NCBI GenBank assembly: GCA_964634365.1
Contig: CAZWJU010000004.1
Location: 3,927-67,926, forward strand
Length of the DNA: 64,000 nucleotides
Direction: 5' to 3'
Source: an uncultured Candidatus Saccharibacteria bacterium
Lineage (GTDB): Bacteria; Patescibacteriota; Minisyncoccia; Phycocordibacterales; UBA9973
Position numbers and translations under genes: made by a program
Part shown: in pieces, positions 24,884 to 34,982 of the stretch
Position numbering within the stretch: the stretch's first letter is position 1
Layout: the number at the start of each line of letters is the position of its first letter
The notes under the pieces: model-generated
What the model saw: only the letters and a program-made list of their open reading frames with translations
Told to the model about the DNA's origin: nothing
Database searches by the model: none

Positions 24884-26932
24884 ATGGCAGATAAAAAGGA
24901 AGGTTCATATAGTGCTAGCGATATCTCAGTTTTGGAGGGTCTAGAACCAGTACGTAAACGTCCTGGAATGTATATCGGAGGAACAGGTCCAGAAGGCTTG
25001 CATCATTTGGTATGGGAGATTTTCGATAACTCTCGCGACGAAGCTATGGCGGGACACTGTGACAGAATTGAGGTTGTGCTACTTCCTGACAATCGTATTC
25101 GTGTAACTGACAATGGACGCGGAATTCCAGTAGACGTACATGCGAAGACAAAAGTTTCTGCATTAGAAACTGTTATGACTACTCTACACGCTGGAGGAAA
25201 ATTTGGTGGCGAAGGATATAAAGTTTCTGGAGGTCTGCACGGTGTGGGAGCATCTGTTGTGAATGCGCTTTCTATTTACACTCAGGCAATCGTGCACAGA
25301 GAAGGGGGCAAACACATGCAAGAATATTCTCAAGGTAAGAAAAAAGCCAATGTTAAAAAAATTGGTTCTTCAAAAGAACATGGAACAATAATTACATTTG
25401 AACCAGACGAAGAAATATTTAAAACTTTAAAATTTGATTGGAACACAATCGTGAACCATCTTCGCCAGCAAGCTTACTTGGTAAAGAAGCTTCGTATTTC
25501 AATACTCGACGCACGCGAAGCAGACTGGAATGCAGACTTGGACGATATCTTTTATTTTGAAGACTTAAAATTAGAAATTCCATCTACTACATTTTATTTT
25601 GAGGGCGGACTTGTATCACTTGTCTCATATTACAATCGCAATGAAAAAGAAGTTCAAGATAAAATATTTTATGTAGACAAAGAGCTCGACGAGGTAGGTA
25701 TTGAGATCGCTTTGCAGTATGTAGATGACATAAGTGCAAAGATCGTTGCTTTTGCAAACAATATTCATACACCAGAAGGCGGAACTCATGTTACTGGTTT
25801 TAAAACTGCACTTACTCGCGTTTTGAATACCTATGGCAAGAAGAACAATATAATCAAAGAATCTGATGGAGGTTTTACCGGAGAAGATGTGCTCGAAGGT
25901 TTGACTGCAGTTATTTCAGTTAAGCTTCGTGAAATTCAATTTGAAGGTCAGACTAAAAGCAAGCTAGGTTCTATGGAAGCTCAAGGTGCTGTTGCTACTG
26001 TTTTTGGAGAAGCATTTGCTGCATATCTAGAAGAGAATCCAGATGAAGCAAAGGCGATTATTGGTAAAGTTGTGCTTGCAGTAAGAGCTCGCAAAGCTGC
26101 TAAAGCCGCAAAGGACTCAGTGCTCCGAAAAGGTGCGCTCGAAGGTATGACACTTCCTGGTAAGCTTGCAGACTGTCAAAGTAAAAGCGCAGAAGAGTCA
26201 GAGCTGTTCATAGTGGAGGGAGACTCTGCTGGGGGTACAGCGAAAATGGGACGTGACAGACGAACTCAAGCTATATTACCGTTACGCGGAAAGATATTGA
26301 ACATTGAGCGCGCACGTCTAGACAAGATTATGCAATCTGAGCAAGTTCGCAACTTGATAGTTGCTATGGGAACTGCTATTGGAGATACATTTGATATAAC
26401 TAAACTTCGTTATCACAAAGTGATAATCGCTACTGATGCGGACGTTGACGGAGCTCATATTCGCACACTTATACTTACATTGCTTTATCGCTATTTCAAA
26501 CCACTTCTAGATGGAGGTTTTATATACATTGCTCAGCCACCACTATACAAGATTAAAAAAGGTAAAGAAGTATTTTACGCATATTCCGAAGAAGAAAAAG
26601 TAGCATTTGCTGGTACAAGTGAAAGTATAGATGAAGGTGGGGACGAAGAAGAGAGCGAAGAGTCTGTTGATACAGAAGAGTCTGTTGGTACAAAAGAAGT
26701 AAAGGCTAGAGTTCAAAAAATATCAGTTCAGCGCTATAAAGGTCTCGGAGAAATGAACGCAGATGAACTATGGGAGACAACTATGGACCACACACGTCGT
26801 ATTTTGAAACAGGTTACAATCAATGATGCCGAAGAAGCTGATAAAGTATTTGATATGCTCATGGGTAGTGATGTTGCACCTCGCAAGAGCTTTATCCAGA
26901 CTCATGCCAAAATGGCAGAACTAGATATCTAA
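24884..26932 (+). CDS. gyrB: DNA gyrase subunit B
   Basis: GHKL ATPase motifs (EIFDNSRDEA, GLHGVGASVVNALS), QTK loop, Toprim EGDSAGG, DxDxDGxHI, C-terminal tail; acidic insertion near C-terminus. Confidence 0.9.
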   Translation: MADKKEGSYSASDISVLEGLEPVRKRPGMYIGGTGPEGLHHLVWEIFDNSRDEAMAGHCDRIEVVLLPDNRIRVTDNGRGIPVDVHAKTKVSALETVMTTLHAGGKFGGEGYKVSGGLHGVGASVVNALSIYTQAIVHREGGKHMQEYSQGKKKANVKKIGSSKEHGTIITFEPDEEIFKTLKFDWNTIVNHLRQQAYLVKKLRISILDAREADWNADLDDIFYFEDLKLEIPSTTFYFEGGLVSLVSYYNRNEKEVQDKIFYVDKELDEVGIEIALQYVDDISAKIVAFANNIHTPEGGTHVTGFKTALTRVLNTYGKKNNIIKESDGGFTGEDVLEGLTAVISVKLREIQFEGQTKSKLGSMEAQGAVATVFGEAFAAYLEENPDEAKAIIGKVVLAVRARKAAKAAKDSVLRKGALEGMTLPGKLADCQSKSAEESELFIVEGDSAGGTAKMGRDRRTQAILPLRGKILNIERARLDKIMQSEQVRNLIVAMGTAIGDTFDITKLRYHKVIIATDADVDGAHIRTLILTLLYRYFKPLLDGGFIYIAQPPLYKIKKGKEVFYAYSEEEKVAFAGTSESIDEGGDEEESEESVDTEESVGTKEVKARVQKISVQRYKGLGEMNADELWETTMDHTRRILKQVTINDAEEADKVFDMLMGSDVAPRKSFIQTHAKMAELDI

Positions 26933-26933
26933 T

Positions 26934-27287
26934 ATGTTTGCGCTCTATATTGCCATAGGTCTCGTAGCTGGGACTCTGAGTGGGCTCGTGGGTATAGGAG
27001 GAGGAATAGTTGTTGTGCCAGCTCTCATGTTGCTTGCTGATATTCCACAACTTACAGCACAGGGGACTAGTCTGGTTTTGTTTACAATCCCATTGAGTAT
27101 TTTTGCTCTTATGAATTACTATAAAGCTGGGCACGTAGATATAGCAATAGCGCTATTTCTAGCTATTGGATTTGTGATAGGAAGTTTTTCTGGATCCAAA
27201 CTAGCTTTTATGGTTGATCACGATATTCTCACAAAGATTTTTGCAGTAGTGTTGGTGCTAATAGCAATACGATTATTTTTTAAATAA
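26934..27287 (+). CDS. TauE/SafE (TSUP) family transporter, half-size single repeat (117 aa)
   Basis: GTLSGLVGIGGGIVVVPAL motif of TSUP repeat; only one 4-TM repeat present. Confidence 0.6.
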   Translation: MFALYIAIGLVAGTLSGLVGIGGGIVVVPALMLLADIPQLTAQGTSLVLFTIPLSIFALMNYYKAGHVDIAIALFLAIGFVIGSFSGSKLAFMVDHDILTKIFAVVLVLIAIRLFFK

Positions 27288-27290
27288 AAT

Positions 27291-27322
27291 TAAATCCCTC
27301 ACGATTTGTGAGGGATTTTCTT
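27291..27322. terminator. Rho-independent terminator
   Basis: aaatccctcacgatttgtgagggattttc. Confidence 0.75.
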
Positions 27323-27968
27323 ATGCTTCTATCGCACTAGTTGGAATATAAAAATAGTGCTTTTTGAAATTTTCGTCGATTACAAATACCAATGTTGCTG
27401 GGATTGCATTTTTTGGTATTTTCTCCCGATACTGGACTATCTCGGTTGAGATGGTCGGTTTTTTAAGTTTTACGTTACCAATCTTGGCAACTTTCTTCTT
27501 CTTACCATCCTTGTACTTGACTCTGTCGTCAATCAGCCTGAGACCTTTTTTTGTCTTAGCAAGATAATAGTTTACTTTTTTATCAAAACGAGATTTTCGG
27601 CCACTATGCTGAATATAGATTTTAGGGTAACTATTGTAAACAGCTTCCTCTAACTCTTTGTCCGGCGGATTGCCGTCTCCTGATAAAAATTCTCCAGGAG
27701 ATAAGTGCCTTTTAATCTCGTGTTCACTTGAGTTCATGACCACGTCATAAATCTCTGAGTCTTTGAGATTTGCATTTACGAGATTGTTTGTCAGTGTGGA
27801 CTCATACTTGATTCCACAATCCTTGCAGTTAAATCCTTCACTTACAACATATTTAGGAGTATGTGCTCCGGGACCAATAATCCCATTAGACTGTCCATAT
27901 TTTACTGTGATTTTTTCTACAATTGTGCCCTTGCATATCTTGCAAATGGCTTTCGTGATTAGTTCCAT
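27321..27968 (-). CDS. Hypothetical protein with N-terminal zinc-ribbon (CKICKG...CKDCG) and Lys-rich C-terminal region
   Basis: 215-aa ORF; two CxxC pairs; KKKKVAKIGNVKLKK basic stretch. Confidence 0.5.
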   Translation of the reverse strand: MELITKAICKICKGTIVEKITVKYGQSNGIIGPGAHTPKYVVSEGFNCKDCGIKYESTLTNNLVNANLKDSEIYDVVMNSSEHEIKRHLSPGEFLSGDGNPPDKELEEAVYNSYPKIYIQHSGRKSRFDKKVNYYLAKTKKGLRLIDDRVKYKDGKKKKVAKIGNVKLKKPTISTEIVQYREKIPKNAIPATLVFVIDENFKKHYFYIPTSAIEA

Positions 27969-28020
27969 AATGTGCTTTTTCTAGACTCTAATATTTATAC
28001 ATAAATATGTCAATAAAAAT

Positions 28021-28050
28021 AAAAACCTCATTTTAATGAGGTTTTTATTT
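28021..28050 (-). terminator. Rho-independent terminator for thrS transcript
   Basis: aaaaacctcattttaatgaggttttta. Confidence 0.7.
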
Positions 28051-28227
28051 TTATTTATTGAATTTTTGTTTCTTGCCACACCATGGGCAGAACCAGAATT
28101 GTATTTTTTTCTTTGCAATTTTTGGATCCCCAATACTCCACCACTTATCACAATCTCCACAGCGAAAGTGGTGTAAGTGTTCTACAGATACAGTGCCCTT
28201 AAGATTTTCGTGTACTGATTTCTTCAT
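28051..28227 (-). CDS. Candidate 58-aa zinc-ribbon protein overlapping thrS 3' end
   Basis: MKKSVHENLKGTVSVEHLHHFRCGDCDKWWSIGDPKIAKKKIQFWFCPWCGKKQKFNK; two CxxC motifs; ATG lies 26 nt inside thrS in another frame; ends at terminator. Confidence 0.4.
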   Translation of the reverse strand: MKKSVHENLKGTVSVEHLHHFRCGDCDKWWSIGDPKIAKKKIQFWFCPWCGKKQKFNK

Positions 28228-29950
28228 TTAGCATTCCAATAAAATCTTCAAGACTTATATTTTCTATTTTATCGCCAGAGCGTTTTTCTACAGTTAGAGA
28301 GTTTGATGTAACTTCTTTTTCACCTACTACAATAACATAAGGTATTTTTTCAGTTTTTGCATTTCGTATGCGCTTGCCAAGTGTATCACTTGCTCCATCT
28401 AGATCAGCTCGTACTCCTGCTGATTTTAGATTATTTAGAATGTTCACAGAAAAATCATTGAATTTTTCACTAACAGGAACTATTCGTACTTGTACTGGAG
28501 AAAGCCATGTTGGCCATATACCAGCGTAGTGTTCAATCAAAAATGCAGTGAAGCGTTCGTGAGTAGACAGAGGTGCTCGGTGGATTACAAATATTTCGTT
28601 ATTTATTTTTCCAGTTTCATCTATATATGAAAGCTCAAAACGTTTCTTCGCTATAAAGTCGAGCTGAACTGTGGACATACTTTCTGTGCGGCCGATTACA
28701 GATTTGAATTGGATATCGACTTTTGGTCCATAGAATGCAGCTTCGTCTTTTACTTCAATAAACTTTACACCGAGCTCTACGAGTACATCTCGGAGCACTC
28801 CTTCTGTATAATTCCAGTTTTCTGGTTCATCTACATACTTATCTTTTCTTTCTGGATCCCAGAGAGATAATCTGAACCAATAATCTTTTAGTCCAAATAT
28901 TTCAAAATATTTCATTGTGAGTGCTAGAGCATTTTTGAATTCATCTCGTATTTGGTCTTTGCGGCAGTATATATGAGCGTCGTTCATAGCAAGACATCGA
29001 ACGCGTAATAGTCCAGCTAAAGTTCCAGAAAGTTCGTTTCTGTACACTGTGCCGTATTCTGCGAGGCGTACAGGTAAGTCACGATAGCTTCTATGTTCAT
29101 GACGGAAGATTATATGATGATGTGGACAGTTCATGGCTTTTAGATAGTATGTTCCATCATCCATAACCATCGCAGGGTACATATCGTCTTTGTAGTAAGG
29201 GAGGTGGCCTGAAGTTAGGAAGAGTTCTTCTTTTGCGAGGTGTGGAGTCACTACACGTACATACTCAGCATCACTTTCCATCTGGCGGGCAAATTTTTCT
29301 ATTTCATCGCGAATGATTGTTCCGTTTGGTTGCCACATGATTAGTCCCTTGCCAACCATTTCATCAACGAAGAAAAGTTTTTGCTCTTGGCCAATTTTTC
29401 TGTGATCGCGTTTCTGTGCTTCTTCGCGCATATTCAAATACTCATCTAGTTTTTCTTTTGATTCAAATGCAAGTCCGTATATGCGAGTAAGCATTTTATT
29501 TTTTTCACTGCCGCGCCAGTATGCACCAGCAACACGGTCAAGCTTCCAAGATCCATCCACTATATCTTCACTAGGATTTTCAACGTGACCTCCGCGACAT
29601 AGATCTGTAAAATCACCCGAAGTGTATAAAGTTATATCTTCACCCTTTGAAGCAATTTCTTCTATTAGCTCTGACTTGTATTCGTTGCCTGCGAATTTTT
29701 CACGCGCTTCCTCTGGTGTATTTTTTTTATGTGTAAAGTTTGTCCAAGTAGGGAGTAGTTCACGCATCTTTTCTTCAATTTTTGGTAAATCAGCTTCACT
29801 TATTTTTCCTGAAACATCTATATCATAATAGAAGCCGTCCTCTATTGAAGGTCCAAGTGTTAACTTTGATCCTGGGTATATTTCTAATACAGCCGCTCCT
29901 AAAAGGTGGGCTAGAGTGTGTCTTTTTGGGTGCAATTGTTCTTCGTTCAT
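28199..29950 (-). CDS. thrS: Threonine--tRNA ligase (lacks N-terminal TGS domain; retains editing domain)
   Basis: N-terminal HTLAHLLGAA (editing-domain zinc His motif), class II catalytic motifs, C-terminal anticodon-binding domain. Confidence 0.9.
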   Translation of the reverse strand: MNEEQLHPKRHTLAHLLGAAVLEIYPGSKLTLGPSIEDGFYYDIDVSGKISEADLPKIEEKMRELLPTWTNFTHKKNTPEEAREKFAGNEYKSELIEEIASKGEDITLYTSGDFTDLCRGGHVENPSEDIVDGSWKLDRVAGAYWRGSEKNKMLTRIYGLAFESKEKLDEYLNMREEAQKRDHRKIGQEQKLFFVDEMVGKGLIMWQPNGTIIRDEIEKFARQMESDAEYVRVVTPHLAKEELFLTSGHLPYYKDDMYPAMVMDDGTYYLKAMNCPHHHIIFRHEHRSYRDLPVRLAEYGTVYRNELSGTLAGLLRVRCLAMNDAHIYCRKDQIRDEFKNALALTMKYFEIFGLKDYWFRLSLWDPERKDKYVDEPENWNYTEGVLRDVLVELGVKFIEVKDEAAFYGPKVDIQFKSVIGRTESMSTVQLDFIAKKRFELSYIDETGKINNEIFVIHRAPLSTHERFTAFLIEHYAGIWPTWLSPVQVRIVPVSEKFNDFSVNILNNLKSAGVRADLDGASDTLGKRIRNAKTEKIPYVIVVGEKEVTSNSLTVEKRSGDKIENISLEDFIGMLNEEISTRKS

Positions 29951-30129
29951 ATGGGTTACTATATCATTTTAAAATTATAATTTCGAGCGATTTTTTAATA
30001 AAAAATACCCCTTTATGGGGCTGTTTTCCGTGGTACAACGAATACAACCCCGTGCTAGGTGGTAGTAGTTGTAGTCGTTGTGTTTATTTGCATAGATTAA
30101 GTATGCATCTATGCGAATATTTTAGCAAG

Positions 30130-33100
30130 TTATTCGGCTAGTTTTACCGCTTCAAGGAGGATACTTTTTTCATTATTTCTTATTGAAACTTTTCCTTTGA
30201 AAGTAAGACATTTATCTTCTAGAAGTAGTGGAGAGTATTGTTCAAAAGTCCTACTAAATACAACAGCCTCTATACTTCCGGTTAGGTCTATGATTTTCAA
30301 GAAAGCCATTTTTTCGTTTTTCTTTGTGATGATAGTTTTTATACTATTTGGCATTCCAACAAAAGTTACAGGAAAACCATTTGCAGTTTTCTCCAAGATT
30401 TGTTTTATGTTTGTTCCACTTTTTTCAATCAAGTGAGAACATTTCTCAAGTGGGTGACCAGAAATATATAAACCTAAAAATTCTTTTTCCCAAGCCAATT
30501 TTTGTGCCTCTTCTATCTTAGGTGCCTCGTGTAGGTTTAGCTTTGCGCTATTTTGATAATCCATTCCTCCGAACAAAGACTCCTGACCTTTGTTGCTTTC
30601 TGTTTGTTTGTTGTAAGAGAGTAGTATTTCCATATTACCCAAGAGTTCGCCTCTATCGCCATACATATCCATAGCACCAGATTTTATGAGAGCTTCTAGA
30701 GATTTTTTGTTTAAACTGCGATGATGAACACGTTCCAAGAAGTTTGCTAGACTCGTGAAAGGACCTTTTTCTTTTCTGTCGTGGATAATAGCCTTGCCGA
30801 TTTCTTCTCCGAAATTTTTTATACTATTTAATCCGAATCGGATCTTGTTACTTATTTCTCCATTTTCCATAACAACAGTAAAGTCAGAGAAACTTTCGTT
30901 TATATCTGGGGGGAGCACTACGAATCCCATTCTCTTGCACTCGTCGATAACCTCGGCTACTTTTTCTAAGTCATCACTTTCTGCTGTTAGGATAGATGAC
31001 ATGTATTCAGCTGGGTAGTTGGCTTTCATGTAAGCTGTTTGATAAGCAACTTTTCCATAACTTGCAGCATGAGCTTTGTTGAATCCATAAGCCTGGAATG
31101 GTTCAAAAAGTTTCCATAAATTCTCTGCGAATTTTTGGGTCTGTCCATTGGCGACAATTCCTTTTATGAGTTTTTGTTTTTGCGCGGCCATTTCTGCGGG
31201 AATTTTTTTACCTACAGCTTTTCGAAACTTGTCTGCCTCTTCCCAGTTATATCCAGCAAGTTCTAGTGCAGAGAAAAGCAAGTCGTCTTGATAAACTATC
31301 AAGCCATATGAAGCTTTTAGATATTTTTCCATTCTAGGGTCTGGGTATGATATAAGTTCGGGATTGTTTTTGCGTTTAATATATTCTGGAATTGTTTCCA
31401 TCGGACCTGGTCGGTACAGAGCCACCATAGCATTCAAGTCGTCTACACAAGTTGGTTTCAAGTCTTTTACATAAACAGTCATACCATCTCCAGACAATTG
31501 AAAAACTCCCACAGTTTCTCCACGAGCAAGCATTTCAAAAGTTTTCTTGTCATCGTATGGAATTTTCTCGAGGTCTATATTTATACCGCGTATTTTTTTT
31601 ATGCGTTCTATTGCATCTCCTAAAATCGATAGGTTTCTAATACCCAAGAAGTCTAGTTTTAAAAGTCCCGCTTCTTCTATAGAGTACATATCGTATTGAG
31701 TGATAATCTTGTCACCCTTAGGGTCGAATTGGATAGGAGAGAAATCTTCGACTGGAGTCGGTGCTACCACCACGCCAGCAGCGTGGACTGAGATATGTCT
31801 TGCACAGCCTTCCATTTTCTTTGCTAGGTCTATTATCTCTTTTGTTTCTCGTTCATTTTCATATGCAGCTTTTAATTCTGGGACCAACTCGAAAGCTTTG
31901 TCTATTGTCATAGGCATACCCTGAGAGCCCATAGGGATCATTTTAGATATTCTGTCGCCGATAGAATACGAATACCCGAGCGCTCTAGCAACATCTCTAA
32001 CAGACCCTCTGGCCATCATGGTTCCAAATGTACCGATTTGTGCTACGTTTGCAGTTCCGTATTTTTGTTTTGCATACGAAATCATGTCATCACGTCTGTT
32101 GTCGGCGATATCCATATCAATATCGGGAGGAGATGGGCGAAATGGGTTCAAGAATCTTTCAAATGGTAGTTTAAAATGAATCGGGTCCACTGTAGTAATA
32201 AAGTTTAGATAAGAAACAAATGATCCCGCAGCAGATCCTCTGGTTGTAGATATAATATTATTTTCACGAGCATAGCGAAGCAGGTCTGACACAACTAAAA
32301 AGTAAGGGGAGTAGCCTTTGTTTTTTATTATTTCAAGTTCGTATTCTACACGCTCCAGCATCTCAGGAGTTTTTTCAATACCACGCAATGCAAAACCTTC
32401 ATAAGTCACTTTTTTTAATTCTGCATCGTAAGTTGTACCTTCGGGTATTTCATATTTTGGGAAAACCCAATCACCAAGTGATATTTGTATATCAATCATA
32501 TCAGCAAGTTTAGATGTATTGTCGTATGCTCCGGGTATGTCACGGAAAATATTTCTTGCCTCTTCGCTAGATATAAAAGAATAATCTCCGTTTTTCATAC
32601 TTATGTTGTTTGAGCCAACTTCGCTTCCCGTGTTTATGGCTACGAGTGTGTCCTGTGCTTCGGCGTCATCTTTGTGTAGATAGTGAGAGTCCCATGTTCC
32701 AACTATTGGTAGGTTCATCTCTTCTGCTATCTGAACAATATCTTTTATAAGCGGTGTATACCATTCAACATCGTCGTGTTTCATTACTTCCACAAAAACG
32801 TTTTCTTTACCAAAAATTTCAATATAAAAATTTAAAAGATCCTTAGCTTTATCTAAATGTTTGTTTTTTATTAAAGTTATAAATTCACTAGCAGGACATC
32901 CGGAAAGACAGATTATTCCTTCTCCGAATTCTTTCAAGAGATCTTTGTCCATACGAGGTTTATAGTAGAAACCTTCAATATTTGATCGAGACACGAGCTT
33001 CATTAGATTTCGGTATCCTTTTTCATTTTTTGCGAGGAGTGTTAAATGGTAGCGTTTGTTATCAAGACCTGGGTCTTTGTCGAAACGTGTTCGTTCAGCT

Positions 33101-33306
33101 ATATATGCCTCAACTCCAATGATTGGTTTGATACCTTCTTTTTTACAGGCCTTATAGAATTCGATTGCGCCATACATACTGCCATGGTCGGTAAGTGCAA
33201 TAGCGTCCATTCCATACGCTTTTGCAGTTTTCACTAAATCATCTATTTTTGTTAGACCATCAAGTAGGGAATAGTGTGAGTGTGTATGTAGGTGTACGAA
33301 TGACAT
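30130..33306 (-). CDS. dnaE: DNA polymerase III alpha subunit
   Basis: PHP domain FVHLHTHSHYSLLDG, polymerase core motifs, OB fold; 1058 aa. Confidence 0.9.
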   Translation of the reverse strand: MSFVHLHTHSHYSLLDGLTKIDDLVKTAKAYGMDAIALTDHGSMYGAIEFYKACKKEGIKPIIGVEAYIAERTRFDKDPGLDNKRYHLTLLAKNEKGYRNLMKLVSRSNIEGFYYKPRMDKDLLKEFGEGIICLSGCPASEFITLIKNKHLDKAKDLLNFYIEIFGKENVFVEVMKHDDVEWYTPLIKDIVQIAEEMNLPIVGTWDSHYLHKDDAEAQDTLVAINTGSEVGSNNISMKNGDYSFISSEEARNIFRDIPGAYDNTSKLADMIDIQISLGDWVFPKYEIPEGTTYDAELKKVTYEGFALRGIEKTPEMLERVEYELEIIKNKGYSPYFLVVSDLLRYARENNIISTTRGSAAGSFVSYLNFITTVDPIHFKLPFERFLNPFRPSPPDIDMDIADNRRDDMISYAKQKYGTANVAQIGTFGTMMARGSVRDVARALGYSYSIGDRISKMIPMGSQGMPMTIDKAFELVPELKAAYENERETKEIIDLAKKMEGCARHISVHAAGVVVAPTPVEDFSPIQFDPKGDKIITQYDMYSIEEAGLLKLDFLGIRNLSILGDAIERIKKIRGINIDLEKIPYDDKKTFEMLARGETVGVFQLSGDGMTVYVKDLKPTCVDDLNAMVALYRPGPMETIPEYIKRKNNPELISYPDPRMEKYLKASYGLIVYQDDLLFSALELAGYNWEEADKFRKAVGKKIPAEMAAQKQKLIKGIVANGQTQKFAENLWKLFEPFQAYGFNKAHAASYGKVAYQTAYMKANYPAEYMSSILTAESDDLEKVAEVIDECKRMGFVVLPPDINESFSDFTVVMENGEISNKIRFGLNSIKNFGEEIGKAIIHDRKEKGPFTSLANFLERVHHRSLNKKSLEALIKSGAMDMYGDRGELLGNMEILLSYNKQTESNKGQESLFGGMDYQNSAKLNLHEAPKIEEAQKLAWEKEFLGLYISGHPLEKCSHLIEKSGTNIKQILEKTANGFPVTFVGMPNSIKTIITKKNEKMAFLKIIDLTGSIEAVVFSRTFEQYSPLLLEDKCLTFKGKVSIRNNEKSILLEAVKLAE

Positions 33307-33384
33307 AGAGAGATTATATCAGATAAAAAAGATATTTGACAAAACGATTTATTTTATATATAATATAAGGCAAATGATCTTAAT

Positions 33385-33705
33385 ATGAAGACATATATAA
33401 AATGTATTTTAGCCAACAAGGTAACTCTTGTAGGCATCATACTTTTAGTATTTGGTTTTTTTCTTAGATTACCCGTCTTTAACTCAGAAGAGTTATTTAA
33501 GTTGGGGACAGTTCTTGTATCTTTGAGTATGTGGCCATTAATCATAACTTTTGCAGGGTTCGATACATATTTCACATATAAAAGAACCTCGAAAATTATT
33601 GCAGAAAAAGGAATAGGAGCTGTCGATAGTATAAATCCCACATCTTATTGCAATAAATGCGGGTATAATCTCGCTATTAAAGAAGTCAAAAATCGAAACA
33701 TATGA
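33385..33705 (+). CDS. Hypothetical membrane protein with C-terminal CxxC zinc-finger-like motif
   Basis: 3 TM helices then CNKCGYNL. Confidence 0.45.
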   Translation: MKTYIKCILANKVTLVGIILLVFGFFLRLPVFNSEELFKLGTVLVSLSMWPLIITFAGFDTYFTYKRTSKIIAEKGIGAVDSINPTSYCNKCGYNLAIKEVKNRNI

Positions 33706-34007
33706 GCCGAAAAGAGATGGGTCTTATAATTGTTGGTCATGTTGGTTTTGGTAGGACGGTATTTTCTGAGCTTATGGCGCATAAAATGCAAAATGACTTA
33801 GATATAGTTTTGGTAGCAGAAGAAGATCCCAAAGAGCAAATTCCATTTGTTATCAAAAATATTCCGATTGAAATGCTTGAGATGCCGGTATTATTTGTAG
33901 AGCATGATGAAAAGTTCTACGGCAAGCAAACAAAAAGGAAAAAAGCCTATCTCAACTACAGCAAAAAATTTAATAAAAAAATCTACAATCGCAAGATTGT
34001 GAGATGA
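33702..34007 (+). CDS. Hypothetical protein (101 aa)
   Basis: Start overlaps upstream stop (ATGA); overlaps rnhB region. Confidence 0.4.
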   Translation: MSRKEMGLIIVGHVGFGRTVFSELMAHKMQNDLDIVLVAEEDPKEQIPFVIKNIPIEMLEMPVLFVEHDEKFYGKQTKRKKAYLNYSKKFNKKIYNRKIVR

Positions 34008-34063
34008 GATATTCTTTTAGATCCCTCGGTACTAAGCCGGGGGATTTTTGTTATTATAGATAC

Positions 34064-34663
34064 ATGAATTCAATTTTTGGTATAGACGAAGCTGGGCGTG
34101 GGCCCATAGCAGGTCCAGTTTCAGTTGGAGTATTTCGGAGTGATTTGTCTATTGTTGAACTTAAAAAATCTATCAAGAAAACTGGCTTGAAACTTCGTGA
34201 TTCTAAAAAACTTACTCACAAAGAACGCGAAATTTGGTTTCTTCAAATTCAAAAGTGGAAAGACGAAGGCAAATGTGATTTCAATGTCACACTCATCAGC
34301 GCGAAAATAATTGATAAAAAAGGAATAGTTTTTGCAATTAACAAATCTCTGCATTCTTCTCTCTATAACCTAAAACCTAAAACCTCACACCTAATTTTGC
34401 TTGACGGTGGATTGAAAGCACCCAAGGAGTTTAAAAAGCAAAAGACAATCATAAAAGGCGACGAGAAAGAACCTGTGATATCATTAGCCTCTATATGTGC
34501 AAAGGTTACAAGAGATAGATATATGGATAAAATTTCTAAAAAATACTCAAAATATAATTTTTACATACATAAAGGCTATGGGACCAGGTCCCACTACGAA
34601 GCCATATACAAATACGGTGTTACAGATATACACCGCAAGACATTTTTGAAAAAAGTCTTGTAA
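34064..34663 (+). CDS. rnhB: Ribonuclease HII
   Basis: IFGIDEAGRGPIAGPV active-site motif; start at MNSIFGIDEAG within ORF 34004..34663. Confidence 0.85.
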   Translation: MNSIFGIDEAGRGPIAGPVSVGVFRSDLSIVELKKSIKKTGLKLRDSKKLTHKEREIWFLQIQKWKDEGKCDFNVTLISAKIIDKKGIVFAINKSLHSSLYNLKPKTSHLILLDGGLKAPKEFKKQKTIIKGDEKEPVISLASICAKVTRDRYMDKISKKYSKYNFYIHKGYGTRSHYEAIYKYGVTDIHRKTFLKKVL

Positions 34664-34693
34664 TTTATATGCCCCTGTGCTATACTTCTCCAC

Positions 34694-34912
34694 ATGGTAG
34701 TCCGAATGCGACATACGCGGTCACACACCGCCAACAGACGTTCACATCACGCCCTAAAGGCGCGCATTTTCTCTGTTGATACAGAAACTGGAGTTCCTCA
34801 TCTTCGTCACCATGTATGTACCACAACTGGTATGTATAGAGGTAAAAAAGTATTAGAGGTTAACAAAAAAACCATAAAAAAAGCTGAAAAAATGGCAAAA
34901 GCAAAGAAATAA
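34694..34912 (+). CDS. rpmF: 50S ribosomal protein L32
   Basis: RRSHHALKARIFSVDTETGVPHLRHHVC matches L32 core (RRSHDAL...LSVD..TGE.HLRHHV). Confidence 0.75.
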   Translation: MVVRMRHTRSHTANRRSHHALKARIFSVDTETGVPHLRHHVCTTTGMYRGKKVLEVNKKTIKKAEKMAKAKK

Positions 34913-34982
34913 TTCTTTATTTTCCTAGCGTTGCTGTTCTTTCCTTCCTTCATATAAAAATAAAAAAGTTGTAAACAACATT

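Noticed and set aside
29951-30129. Possible T-box or attenuator leader upstream of thrS. There is a hairpin plus U-run at ~29996..30025 on the minus strand.
   Set aside because: The hairpin is more simply explained as the dnaE terminator. The remaining leader is too short (<60 nt) for a T-box. The conserved T-box sequence (AANNNGGGTGGNACCGCG) is absent.
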